In this document: positions 37,274 to 50,534 of the stretch, in pieces
Layout of the letters: every line of letters begins with the position of its first letter
How positions within the stretch are numbered: the first letter of the stretch is position 1
Assembly: GCA_964016885.1 (NCBI GenBank)
Contig: OZ024740.1
Span: forward strand, 242,482,001 to 242,546,000
Direction: 5' to 3'
Source: Eledone cirrhosa
Lineage: Eukaryota
Length of the DNA: 64,000 nucleotides
Position numbers and translations under genes: made by a program
The notes under the pieces: model-generated
What the model was told of the DNA's origin: nothing
Databases searched by the model: none
Seen by the model: the letters and a program-made list of their open reading frames with translations, nothing else

Positions 37274-37505
37274 TCACTCACCCTTCGCCTCCTGGGGACC
37301 AGGCCGCACGATTTCCATGGGGGTGTTGGAGGGGTTGTCTGGATGGGTGGTGGTTTCCGGCGGGGTGGGGACGCAGATGTTTGGTGGGGTGGGGTCTGGT
37401 GGAATGGGGGTGTCTGGGGTGGGGAGGCATTTGAGAAGGACGCGGTTGAGTGGTTTCACGCAGGAATTCCCCACATCCTTCTCAAATGTTTCTTTTAGGG
37501 ACCTA
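37274..37505 (-). pseudogene. Pro/Thr-rich C-terminal remnant of Tx1 ORF1
   Basis: Open frame ending 33 nt before the ORF2 ATG; GC-rich like the element and cut at the 5' junction. Confidence 0.6.
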
Positions 37506-38715
37506 TAAGTTTGTATTTATATATTGCATTTATATATAGATAGATAGATAGATAAATATACAAACACGCGTGGCGTATTATTATAGTTGATTACAAAGAG
37601 TGGTGATTTTCAAATTCGTTACAGCAGAGAGCAAAATGTCTTGAAGCCGTTGGCTCCATTTCATTACATTCTGGATTCAAATCCCATCCATCCACATTGA
37701 TTTTGCTTTTTATTTTTCTGGATCCAGCTAAGTAAATATGTGCTGTTGTTGTTTAATCCCAAATTAACTTTGATCAAACAAACCTATAGCCAAAGGTGTT
37801 CTATCTGTGACCATCCCCTCTTTTTTTAAAGTTTTGTGTATCTATCTCGTAGAATTACATTATCTCTGTTTTTTCTCATTTTTAAGATAGCAAGATGTGA
37901 TTTGAGGAAGATTTTGGCTATTTATTCTAGTATGTAAAGCGACTATGTAGAGGCTGCCTCATTGACTCGTAAAGTAGCAGTAATATGATGAAATCGATAT
38001 AGTCAATGATACGCACTTTTCTTGAAATATCCGACCTTATGTCAGTGTTTAAAATCAATATTGTATTACAAAAAATAAGTGTTTAATTCCAATAACAAAC
38101 GACAAAGCAACAAGCTGTTGGATTAACTTTAGATGATAAATTTAATTTACAAAATCATAAGCAAACATGAAAGTTGTAAACTCCATTGCTCAAATGTTTA
38201 CATTGATCAAACAAGTACCATACTTTCTAGAAGATTGACTATATATCCACAAAACAGAACTCTTGCAACATCATCATTAGTATCATCATTTAACGTCTGT
38301 TTTCTCTATTAGCAAAAGTTGAATGGGCCTTCCCAAGCTAATTCAGTACTCAGGCGGAGCTACTGACATCTCAGATGAGTCAGGGCCTGAATTTCGTTTA
38401 CAAACGTTCCCGCTCTCTGTCTAATGCATTTTTCGTGGTGCCAACGTTAGGGAGGTTGTCAATCTTTGTTACAGCTGAAGAGCTCTCCCGACCCTTTGTT
38501 TTGCAGTTTTTTTGCGGCTCAATGCCTATCCTTAACTGGATGAACTGGGTGCGTTTATCATGTAGATCACCGACACTAGGGAGGTTTTCATATCTTCGAT
38601 GCGACTGAAGAGTCTATAACAAAATACTCGTGTGTATGAATATAACAAGAGACGTGGTTTGTGTGTATAATATTTAATTAATGTTTTGTGGATATATAGA
38701 ACAGTATAGTTGACA

Positions 38716-39474
38716 TGTCAATGAATAGATGAGAGAATGAAGCAAAGTTATTAGTTACCGTTTGGTCGCCAGGCGAACGCGCCTGGCCGAAGAGGCAAAT
38801 GAGAGAGAGGGAACTTAAAGTTGTTCTCTTTATAGGGTCTGACCGGAAGTTACAGAAAGGGTTCTACTTCCTATCTAGAGAGCGTTAATCTATTGGGGAT
38901 GTGAGTGTCACAACAAGGGAGGCAACTCCTGCTACATTATCCCCCGCCAGATTTTTAAAATATAAAAATCGAATGAAATATGTATGTAGTAAGTTGGCGA
39001 GAATGTTGTAACAGGCATGAAAATTACGAAAAAAAAAATGTTTGCAAAAATCAATGATAGATATCAAGGTAGCCAACCGCTCTTGGCCAGAGAACGACTG
39101 GACATCTATCTATCCATCACCCAAAGATACAATGTAATCAAAGTAAGAGAAGAGCTCAAAGTTCAAATGTTCACAAGTGTGCAATCACATGACAGCGGGA
39201 AAGAAAGTGTGTTCCAGAGAATGAATGCAGGTGGTTTCTGTTCTGTGCTTGGTGGCGAAGGATTATGAGAAAGGAATCATCTCATGCTAAGGTCACAGGT
39301 GTTACCACTTTGGAAATCAGGAGGCGAGAAAGGCAAATGAGAGAGAGGGAACTTAAAGTTGTTTCCTTTATAGGGTCTGACTGGAAGTAACAGAAAGGGT
39401 TCTACTTCCTATCTAGAGAGCGTTAATCTATTGGGGATGTGAGTGTCACAACAAGGGAGGCAACTCATGCTACA
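38716..39474 (-). mobile_element. Small non-coding LTR-type element (TRIM-like or deletion derivative)
   Basis: 144-bp direct repeats 38793-38936 and 39331-39474, each starting TGTAGCA on minus and containing TATAAA. Purine tract GGCGGGGGATAA abuts the left repeat. Left boundary and TSD not established. Confidence 0.65.
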
Positions 39475-39596
39475 AGTCCTTGTAAACCTTTGTTTGGCAA
39501 GCTTTCTACAGCAACATATATTACACGAAACAAAATTTAGGTAACAATTACATTTATTGGAAGTTTTTAAAGATAGACATTTAAAGCACATATATA

Positions 39597-40260
<664 letters not shown>

Positions 40261-43200
40261 AGTAGAAAGGCACCAAAACTTGTAATAGGATACATTTTAT
40301 AACTCATAAAATTTCAGTAAACACTTTTTTTTATATTTGATTTTTGCATAACTGTGTTCAATATAGCCGCGTTTGTTTCTGCTATACTCTGCGTATCTTG
40401 TTCTGTTAATCAAGATTTAACTGTACATTTATTTTATATCTTGATAATATTGTGTACTATAAAGTCTCTAAAAGTTCCATTTCAATTTCAACACATTATC
40501 TCAGATCAAGTTATTTGCCATGGAAACAAAAATACATTATTTAAAAACAAATATAGATTTCCCAAAATACTAAAATATTGGTCATTGAAGTTATATTAAT
40601 ATAAATATAATGCAAAACACATCATATAAATAGCAAACTCGAGCAACAAATTAATACCACTCATCCAACATTTCCTTGAGGTTGAAAGAAACCTGATGGA
40701 AACAAATTTAAAATCTGTCATGAATGAATAAAAAATGAACACAATATTCTCCCCTTGATTTTCAATTAGAATAATAACCAATGCAAAAAAATAATTCAAA
40801 CCATTGAGGAAACCTTGATGTAGTTACGCAACTCGCACGAAATAGCAGCCAAATTTCTCTAAAAGCACATACTACAAACTCAACACAAATGAAAACACAT
40901 TGGCTAATCTAGTCTTAAATGCACAATGTCTATGGAAAAAAAATAATAAAGTATCTATCCTTGTTCTTGATATATATGTTACCTTGTACTTCTTTGAACA
41001 TCCTTTGGCCAATAAGTCTTTCTTCTTCCATACATTCCTTCTTCAGATCATCTTGTATCTCTGAATTCATTGAGCTCTTATCTTGTGGTTACCAATCACT
41101 AGTTTATATTTAGTAGTAGATTTTTATCCAGTGAACTTAGTATTCATAATCAGTTGTATATCCTGCTCTCTAGTGTGTATGAAGTCTCTCTTAACAACAC
41201 AGACATGCCTGTAACTCTTTTAAAAAATTTAACTATTTGCTGTTGTTGAACACATTTTAAAACATTTCTTTCTATTTATTTATTCCATCGTACCCAGAAT
41301 AGCATTTTTTTTGCCTTTCGTGCTTACAGGGTCGATAAAATAAAGTACCAGTAATGCACTGGGTAATTGCTGGCCTTGTGCCTAAAGTAGAAACAATTAT
41401 TTAATCTAGTACTAGGCTTCTCTATAATTATGGAATTATAGTTTTCCAAAAGCAATATGCATGCCCCAATATATAATAGCATGTTGTGGAGAAGTGAGTG
41501 GATTATGCTCTACACGCTTTTACATTGTAAAAATTTACAAAATGCATGTCTTTGTCAGCAACAGTACCATCCATAGGTAAAGATTTGTAAATAAATAGAA
41601 ACTAAATGAACTATTAAATCACTAATATATTGATGCTTATGTAACATCTCATACTAATAATACTTATTGTTGGTTGTGTGGTCACACTAAAAATAACATG
41701 CTACCTTATACAGAATTATTTGAACTCCGGCCGTTTTTTTACTACCCTTACTATGCCTCCTCTTAAACAACTACTACTAATAATTCTCCTATTATACCTT
41801 CAACTACTAATTCTATGCTCTAGTTCTATTACAGCTTCTACCTCCTATATGGATACTTCTTTTATTTGGAGGTAATACTTAGAATATGAAGGACACCACA
41901 CATAAATCAATAAAAAGAAAAATACCATTTGAGCATTGCTTCTCCCTTATTTCCAGTTCCAAGCTTCTTTAGGTTTCACTTTTTCTCTAGCTACTATCAA
42001 TCTCCAGATGACAACAATTTTTCACTCTGCATGTCGCCTATGTTTATCATATAACTTGTTTAAATTTCAGCCTCATAACTATCCCCAAATATTCAGCAAA
42101 TTTCAGATCTAGTTTGATTAAGGTTACATTGTATATAAAGATAAAGAAAAATGAGATGTAGTGAGGAAATATCTGATATATTAGACTGATCTAGTCCATT
42201 AGATATTTCCTTTCTTCATGACAACCTAAATTATCTCACATTAACGTTATTGTTATCGATCCTTCCTTGAAGAAAAATACCAGTATCTTCAAATTTCAGT
42301 AATGATATTGCTAATTTCTACACACAATAAAACATTTTGTTCACAGCCATCCAGCTTTTGTAGGTCTACTGCTTGCAGTTCATATTTTACATAGTTTATC
42401 ATAAAATTTTGTAGCAACAATTAACAGAGGCTACAATGTTTGAATTAACCATTGGATTTAGAGTCTTAAAAGTGTTATGACATATGCAAGTAAAAGTTTG
42501 TTGTGGAATAGTAATTACATAATCAGAAATGTGTGCAAAGTAGATTATATGATACCTGTCTACGAACTGTGATGTTACTTGGTGGCAAGATGTGACCTAA
42601 TCTTCCTAGTTGTAAATAAAATCACATGGGAGTTCACCCTACTATTGTAAGCAGTGGTAGCACTGTAAATTGACACCTATTTTGTCATCTTGCAGTGGGG
42701 AGTGCCCATAGTTATAACTTCGGACTACATCAACAGTACCTTCCTTAGATACTACATGAAGGCAAGACTTTTAATGGAGCTTCTATAATTCAAAGGGTTG
42801 TGTAACTCAGCACTAGATTAAGTCTAGATTAAATAAAAAACTCTGTAAGCATTTGAAATGAAACCATTTCAATTCTGTGTAAGTGTTTTTAAAGAGTTAT
42901 ATTAAGGAGCCACTAGATATGCTAAATTATATGTGAATACTAAACAAGTGTCCACTTATAAGTTGACACACTTTTGTTTGAGACAATAAAACTGCTATTT
43001 TAAAACGTGAATATGTATTTCAAGTTGTTGTCTAACCTCTGGTCAAGCAAACTTATGAACAAAGAGGTTACAGATGTGACCAGCCTATTCATTTTTTTAT
43101 ATTGATGACTACATTGTCAATGTTATTTCAATGTTATATGGCAGTAGGGTGTGATTAGAGAGAAGTGTTGCTGCTATTTCTAGTTAGCGGTTTGAGTGAC

Positions 43201-43340
43201 CCCATACAGGCCCCCTTGTAGTAAGTGCTATAAAACAGGATGTAATCTGAAAGCAGATATAGTAAAGAAAAAAAGAAAGAAAAATGTAATGTAAGTTTAA
43301 TCTCCAGTTGAAATCATTTTTTTTTTTTTACTTATATCAT

Positions 43341-43521
43341 TAATTGTTTCTACTTTAGGCACAAGGCCAGCAATTACCCAGTGCATTACTGGTACTTTAT
43401 TTTATCGACCCCGTAAGGATGAAAGGCAAAGTCAACCTCGGCGGGATTTGAACTCAGATCGTAAAGGGACGTAACTCTGCTGGAAAGCATGGCGTCCGAC
43501 CCTCTACCGATACTGCCAATC
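43341..43521 (-). mobile_element. SINE family A
   Basis: Reverse complement of the consensus. Truncated copies also at 21111-21216 (+), 40092-40160 (-) and 41310-41399 (+). Confidence 0.9.
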
Positions 43522-44217
43522 TATGACCACCTTACACACAAAAAAGCATGAACATCACAATATCTTGTGTCTTTTTTTTTTTAAATTGTGCCTAATCAAA
43601 AGAAGCCAATATGTTTTTTTCACTTACCTTTTGTTTTTTGTAAGTAAAACATTTATTGGAAGTTTATGAAGACAATCCAATGGCATGTATTAATTTTCAA
43701 ATAATTGTTAAAAATGAGAATCAATGGAATGTACAATGGCTGTATAAGTTGGATACAGAATTACTTATCAAGAAGTCATGAGTTCAAAATCTAAAGATAT
43801 TGTAATGTTTCTCAACACAGCATATAACACTGATTGGTTCAGTCTACTTGACTGACAAACAGGTTTTTCTATTTCTTTGACAGTTAAGTGATTAACATGT
43901 AAAAAAAAAAAAGAATTATTTATTTGATCAATGTTCAAATTTACAAAAATCAAGCTCTAAAGAAATATACTATTTTTACAATATTTGAAATTGGTTGCAA
44001 TGAATACAATATTAAACTAACAGACTAATAGCTGAACAACACAACTTTTTATGTCCAACATTTACTAGTTCAAATCTTAACTCAACATTTAATATAAGTA
44101 CAAAAGGGAGTTTTTATGCTCTTGGTGATCAAAACTTGTTGAGGAGTAATGACAGATCCTCTTTCAGTTTTCACAATGAGCCTTTAGTTGTTCAATCAAC
44201 TTGAATATCACTGTTAA

Positions 44218-44433
44218 CCCTTTAGAAATTAAACTGGCCATATCCGGCCAGAATTCTCTCACTTCTTTCAGTTCAAACCAGCCCTAACTGGCTGCTCATA
44301 CTGATGTTAAGGTATTGTTCTCAAAATAAATAATATCAAAATTTCATAGATTCGATATTATGTGAGATAATTATGTGAGATAAAGCCTTTACCATGAACA
44401 TACATTAGCATATATAATGTAAACGTTAAATGG
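44218..44433. mobile_element. piggyBac-like MITE
   Basis: TTAA|CCCTTTAG ... TTAAATGG|TTAA; same internal sequence as 7833-8241. Confidence 0.85.
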
Positions 44434-45141
44434 TTAAATTGATATGTAAGTGGCTGAGTGTTCCACAGGCTTACATAGATCATCATTATTTTTACATTCA
44501 GTTTTCCAGGCTTGCATGGATTAAATGAAACTTCTTGAAGCAGAATACTATGGATGCTCTTCTTGACACCAATGCTTGGTTGTTTATTTTAACAAGTATT
44601 TTTAACATAAGTATGATACAGATCTTTGCATGTCCTAACCACTGAACAATTGAACCTCTGTTTTACATGGAATGTATACAGATATCACTGCCTGCACAAA
44701 TACTGTTGAATGCAAAGAGAAGACACAGAGAGAAACAAACAAACATAGGTACCTCTGTCTACTTTTTCCATCTCTAAGTGTAATTTATCCAATTTTCTCA
44801 ACTATAGTGATTGACAGTTATTTTCTGCATCTGGGACTCTCACATTTTCAAATAAATAGATACATATATGTGACATTGGTAGATGGTAACTCTATGAAGC
44901 AGGGTATTAGCCAGTCCAAGGTTATAAAGGATATTTGCCAAAGAAGTCCTCTAATAGGGTAGAACCCAAGACCAAAGTTGTTCTTAACTGTACATCCATA
45001 CCTGTGCCTTAATGTAATTCTAAGGTTAAAGCAGCATGATACTGTTTATAGATTATACCTGTAACTTAAAGGCTAAACTATTGAATTATAAGTACATCTC
45101 CGTTGATTGGGGCATGTATTGAGTCTACTCACTCACTTCAG

Positions 45142-45389
45142 GAACTACATGATAAATCCATTCATTTCTAGCAGGTTAAAAGATATAGATGACAACCCAA
45201 GACCAACTAAGGTCAAACATTCAAGAAAGACGTTTTGTAGACCTTCACAATTACTGGGAAAAGGGAGTAAGTTCTCTGACCAAAAACCTGTTTTGAATGG
45301 TTGCAAGAGATTTGACAGTGTTAAAGACACAAAAGGACCAGGTGGTAGTGTTAAAAAGGCAATGAATTTATTCTGCCTTCCAAAAGCAG
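45142..45389 (+). CDS. Candidate host exon, unknown product
   Basis: CTCACTCACTTCAG acceptor, CAG|GTACAG donor, 82 open codons in non-repetitive DNA. Confidence 0.3.
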
Positions 45390-46540
45390 GTACAGTTTAC
45401 TTGACAAGTTTCTACACACTTTTTTTCTAGAAAATTTCATTAACAACAATCAGCTTGTGTCATCTAACAAGGATCAACTTGGGTCAACTCAAATTCATGG
45501 TAGAAGTCGATTGCCCAAAGCCATGCAGTGGAATCAAACTTCAACCACATAATTGCTAAGCAAACATCTTAATCAAAGTCATGCTGTGCCCATTGGTTAA
45601 TAGATGGTAATATGACACCAGAAAACTGTCCAATTGATGTAATTAGTAGAGCTTTTTTAACTATGACATGCATCAAACAGTGTAGAAACTTCTAAGTAAA
45701 TAAATCTATAAGTCCTCATTATATTTATTATTATAGTTGATTATTTCTTCATTTTGGTCTGAGGTTTGTGAATTTTCTTAGTTTTCTCCTGTTTGAATTA
45801 TTGATTCATTGAAATATATTCATTATGTTTTAGCTTTATACCTCTAAAACTAAGGACAGATAAGGTTGAATCAATGAGGGAGTGCTTATATGGTTGCTCC
45901 TCGATCGGCTAGAAATAGCAGCCAAATCTCCCTCAAACCTAGTAGGTTGAATGGACACAGAGAGCTTTGCCATTGGCTCAGATTCGTTTTTGTTTTTTTT
46001 TCATTTTTATAGCTTAGAGAAAGAACAGTGCCCATGACATATTACAAGACACTTTTCGAAACAGATGTATGTAAAAATATTTTTCTTTTCTGTTTATAAT
46101 TATGCTTTTTTAATTGTTTGCTTTTCTTACAACTATACAACAATAGTTGGAAGTCTAATCTGAATTTCATAGCATGCCCTCCTACTAGATGCTTTCAACC
46201 GGTAAGCTTATTAAGTTGTTACCTCTTCCAGAACATTAACCCTGACATGTATGTATGAGAAATTCCAAAACTACAAAACACTCCTTAAAGCGAAGCAAAA
46301 AGCAGAAAATATTTTCTATTCAATAAAAATAACTATAAAATATGTAAATAGAAGATAAAGAAAGACTTTTCTCTATTTATTTCTTTTTATATTATATCTA
46401 ATACATACCTTACGAGGGGGTGTAGAGGAAATACTTTTTTGCTTATAAACATTTAAAAGCAAAAGTAACAAACTATAAACTCAGTGGAATTCAATATAAT
46501 TGCTGACAAATGAAAAAAATATTTACATTGATTTAGATAT

Positions 46541-46800
46541 ATCATCATCATCATCATCTCCTCCGTGAGTTTCAGCGATCTGAGGTCTGCTCTCACCACC
46601 TCGGCCCATGTTTTACGTGGTCTATCTCTACTGTGTCTTCCTACTACTGGGATTTCTTGGCCCTTCTTTACCCAGCGGTCATCCTCCATGCGCATCACAT
46701 GTCCATACCATCTCAGTCTTCTCTCCTGCACACCACAACTTATCCCTCTTATACCCAGTTTCTTTCCCAACTCGTATATGCTTGGTCGTTCACGCACACA
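46541..46800 (-). mobile_element. RTE LINE 3' fragment, same family as 10871-11815
   Basis: ERRLRWYGHVMRMEDDRWVKK..RPRKTW. Confidence 0.85.
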
Positions 46801-46832
46801 CACACATTATACATATATATATATGTATAATG

Positions 46833-49143
46833 CAGTAGATCCTTGCAGTACGAGTGTCCTATTGTACGAGTAATTTGCTGTATGGGCCGAAGCACGTATG
46901 AATTTTTGTCTTGTAGTACGAGTGGAAACCACATTATGAGTGAGTTTCATATAAGTAACCGCTAGTCGGCGCTGAGCTCACACAGATGCAGCCTCCGCTC
47001 ACTCAATTCACATGTTTATCTTATGGCAGCATCCCTATTGTGTTTTTCCCAGTGTTTGTTTTAGTTTTGTGCGTTTTTTTGCTATCATTTTATAATAATT
47101 AGTTGTGTTAGCCACAGATCGTAAGAAAGGACAGTGCTGAGAAGAAGAAAAAGCTGTTTATGATAGAATTGAAGAAGGATATCATGAGAGAGGAGTGCAT
47201 GTAGTGGACATAGCATGTCAATATGACCGAAGCATGTCGGCGATCTGCACTATCCTGAAGAAAAAGGACATGTTCAAGGCCATTACAACAGCAAAGGGTG
47301 TTTCCAGGCACTCCAAGCAACGCACATCTGTCCTCGAAAAGGTGGAAAAATTGCTTCTCCTGTGGAGAAGCAACTGGAGAAGCAACTCACAGGGGATATT
47401 ATTATGGAGACCATCATTTGCGAGAAAGCATGAGTACTATATGGTGGTCTCCTGAAGCAGAACCATGGAACATTGATAGAGGAGAAATCAGCAGACGCAT
47501 TTAAGGCCAGTTGCAGCTGGTTTGATAATTTCCAGAAGAGGACTAGTGTTCACATCGTCATCAGGCAAGGTGGAGCAGCAAGTTCTGACATGAAGGCAGC
47601 TGAGTATTTCATGCATGAATTCTGTCAGCTCATAGCAGCCGAGGGGTACATCTCACAACAGGTATTCAACTGTGATGAAACTGGCCTTTTATGGAAAAAA
47701 AATGCCCAGGAGAACCTACATAACTGCAGAGGAGAAGAAAATGTCAGGCCACAAGTTTATGAAAGATAGGCTAACTCTCGCATTTTGTGCCAATGCGAGT
47801 AGAGACGTGAAGATTAAGCCAGTCCTTGTCTACCATTCCAAAAACCCATGAGCGTTCAAGTCGCACAAAATCTTGAAGGAGAAGCTGCACATAGTATGGA
47901 GGGCAAACATTAAGGCCTGGGTCACCAGTCAATTCTGACCAGCAGTGAAAAAGTACCTTCTGGAGAACGATCTTCCTCTCAAGGTCCTGCTCACCTTCTT
48001 AACCTCAAAGATGATATCCTGGATGAATTTAAATTCATAAAAATTCTGTACCTTTTACCCAACACCACCTTTCAGCCCATGGACCAACAGGTGATTTCTA
48101 ATTTTAAGAAATTGTACACGAAACACCTGTTCCGTCGGTGCTTTGAAGTCACCGGAAATACAAATCTAACCCTTCATGAGTTTTGGAAGAAGCACTACAA
48201 CATTGTTAACTGCCGGAAAATCATCTATATGGCCTGATAGGATGAGAGCGTAACAAGGAGAAAGCTAAATTCTACATGGTGGAAGCTGTGGCCTGACTGT
48301 GTACCCGACAGAGACTTCAAGGGGTTTAAGTCTGAGACACCCGTTGTCGAGGAGATAGTGTATCTTGGCAAGTCCATGGCCTCAAGGTTGATGGTGGGGA
48401 CATTGACGATCTCCTTCAGGAACACTCAGAGGAGCTGATGACAGATGAACTTCTACAGTTTCAATAGCAACAGCATTTGGATGCAGAGGAAGAGATTGAT
48501 TCCCTGGAGGAGGAAATTGTAGCTGAGAAGGCAGTGTTGGCCAAGTGACAGGATGTTTCTGAATTTGTAGAAAGAAATCATCCTCAAAAAGTATGTACAA
48601 GTCGTTTAGCTGCTTTATTTAATGACACTGCTCTGGCACATTTTCATAACATTTTGAAAGGCAGAAAAAAGCAGATTTTGCTTGATATGTTTCTAATGAA
48701 ACGACCTGCAAGTGAGGAAAGTGAAGAAAAGAGTGTTCAAAAAGCCTAAATTAAGCAAAGTGAGAGAGAAAATGCCAGAAATTGATCTTCCTGAAGGAGA
48801 TTCTCCTCCTCCCCATTACATCATCTTCCTCACACACAATTTGTCACATCTTTAAGGTAGTTAAATAAAAACAGTTTGCATACTTATTTTGCATTCTCAT
48901 TTATTGTGTTTTTATAATTGTTATTCTCATTTATTGTGTTTTTATAATTGTTATTTTCCTTGTAACCGCACCTTGTCGGTTTTAAAACCAATAAAAAATT
49001 ATTTTTGGGTAGTTTTGGTGGGCTGGAATGGATTATTTATATTTTAATTAATTTCAATGGGGAAAATTGATTTGTTAAATGAGTAATTCGTAAAATGAGC
49101 TCGGTCATGGAACGAATTAGACTCGTACTGCGAGGTATCACCG
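46833..49143 (+). mobile_element. Tigger/pogo DNA transposon with decayed transposase
   Basis: 23-bp TIRs CAGTAGATCCTTGCAGTACGAGT / ACTCGTACTGCGAGGTATCACCG|TA; FKASCSWFDNF, VFNCDETGL, KDRLTL..CANA, QPMDQQVISNFK. Confidence 0.92.
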
Positions 49144-49229
49144 TATATATATATCATCATCATCATCAACATCATCATTTTACGTCCGATTTTCCCTGCT
49201 TGCAAGATATATATGTATATATATATATG

Positions 49230-49952
49230 TAAAAGGTAAACAGAAATAACAACACAATCGGTACAGTATATGATGGAAGGAATATATTAGGTTAACGCTT
49301 GAAATAGCAGGAAGAGGGTCTTAAAGTTTCGGACACTAGTCCTTCATCAGAAGAAAGAATGAGAAATAAGATAGAATGAAGGGACGGGCGGATTGGAATT
49401 GGAAAAATTGTCTTTAGATAAAAATAACAGGTCTATTCATGTTGACATCTCTTGGAAAACTGTTGATGTTGGCGTTTTGTGTATGATTTATTTTTTTAGA
49501 AAAGTGGATGATGGAGCGCGTCTACCTGAAATGTAAAAAAAAAAACGTTTTGTAAAAAGAGCTATACTTGTGCGTATGCATGTGCGTGTGTGTGTGTGTG
49601 TGGGTGTGTTATTATATGTCTGTACGAAGCTAAGAAGAAATGTGTGTGTGCTTGTAAGTACGAAGCTATGAGTAAAAGTATGTTAATATAAGAGTCAGTA
49701 TATGTGTATGCAGAGCTGTGAAGGGAAAAGTGGAGTGTGCATATTTTGTTGGTCTGTATTAGTTGTAAGAGAATATGTTTCTGGCCATAAAAGAGCCATA
49801 GGAATCTAGGGGTAAATGTACAAGCACGTGTGATAATGGACGAGGTATTAAAGAAATTGGGGAGGTGAGTTGAGTCCATGAGGGAAATAGGACCCAATCA
49901 GACTCTGTTCAGTGCTGGTGCTCGAGGCCTGTGATCCATGATGTAAAAGGCC
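49230..49952 (-). mobile_element. Penelope-like 3' fragment with hammerhead
   Basis: EQSLI..FPHGLN GIY-YIG C-terminal remnant at ~49868-49950, followed by a UTR with a hammerhead motif. Confidence 0.6.
49319..49354 (-). ncRNA. Minimal type I hammerhead motif
   Basis: Minus: TCTT CTGATGA A GGAC tagt GTCC GAAAC TTT AAGA; probable G>T change at position 16.2. Confidence 0.65.
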
Positions 49953-50001
49953 ATATATACATACACACACATATATATATAAATATATATATACACACAT
50001 A

Positions 50002-50378
50002 GGAGGCACATGGCTTAGTGGTTAGAGCATTGGCCTTGCAATCGAAAGGTTGTGAGTTCAATTCTCAGACCGGGTGATGTGTTGTTTCCTTTATTTCACA
50101 TTGCTCCAGTTTACTCAGCTGTAGAAATGAGATGATAGGGACTGGGGTCCATATCATTCCACTGTAGATTGGTCGTGGAGGTACCACGGCAAAAAAGCAC
50201 CCAGCCCACACTGTAAAGTGGACGTGTAGGCGCCATGGGAAAAAAGCACCCAGCACTCACTGTAAATGAGGTTGGTGTTAGGAAGGGCATCCAGCTGTAG
50301 AAATCAAGCCAGAATCAGTTCCCGTTCCACCCTTGCAAGCAGGGAAAAGCGGATGTAAAATGAAATGATGATGATGAT
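50002..50378 (+). mobile_element. SINE family B with a duplicated ~40-bp tail unit
   Basis: Same head, body and tail as 11829-12175; two AAAAAAGCACCCAGC..CACTGTAAA units. Confidence 0.92.
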
Positions 50379-50400
50379 ATGTATATGTATATATATATAT

Positions 50401-50452
50401 GTCTTGTCTGATGACCCTGTGATAAGCAGGGGAAACTCCAGAATTACACGAC
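50401..50452 (+). ncRNA. Type I hammerhead motif
   Basis: GTCTTGT CTGATGA CCCTG tgataag CAGGG GAAA CTC ca GAATT ACACGAC; stem I 6 of 7 pairs, stem II 5 bp. Confidence 0.65.
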
Positions 50453-50494
50453 TATTCAGCCTTAATAAAATGAATATTTAAACTGTTCTTCAGT

Positions 50495-50534
<40 letters not shown>

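Larger units (their letters stand above)
33564..37505 (-). mobile_element. Tx1/L1-group non-LTR retrotransposon, 5'-truncated within ORF1
   Basis: Intact ORF2; 3' UTR ending AATAAAGAAA; 21-bp direct repeat TATTGCATTTATATATAGATA at 33543-33563 and 37522-37542. Confidence 0.92.

Noticed and set aside
42696-46201. Additional plus-strand exons at 42696 and ~46147-46201 joined with 45142-45389
   Set aside because: Splice sites are plausible, but phases do not join into one ORF and no homology was recognised.
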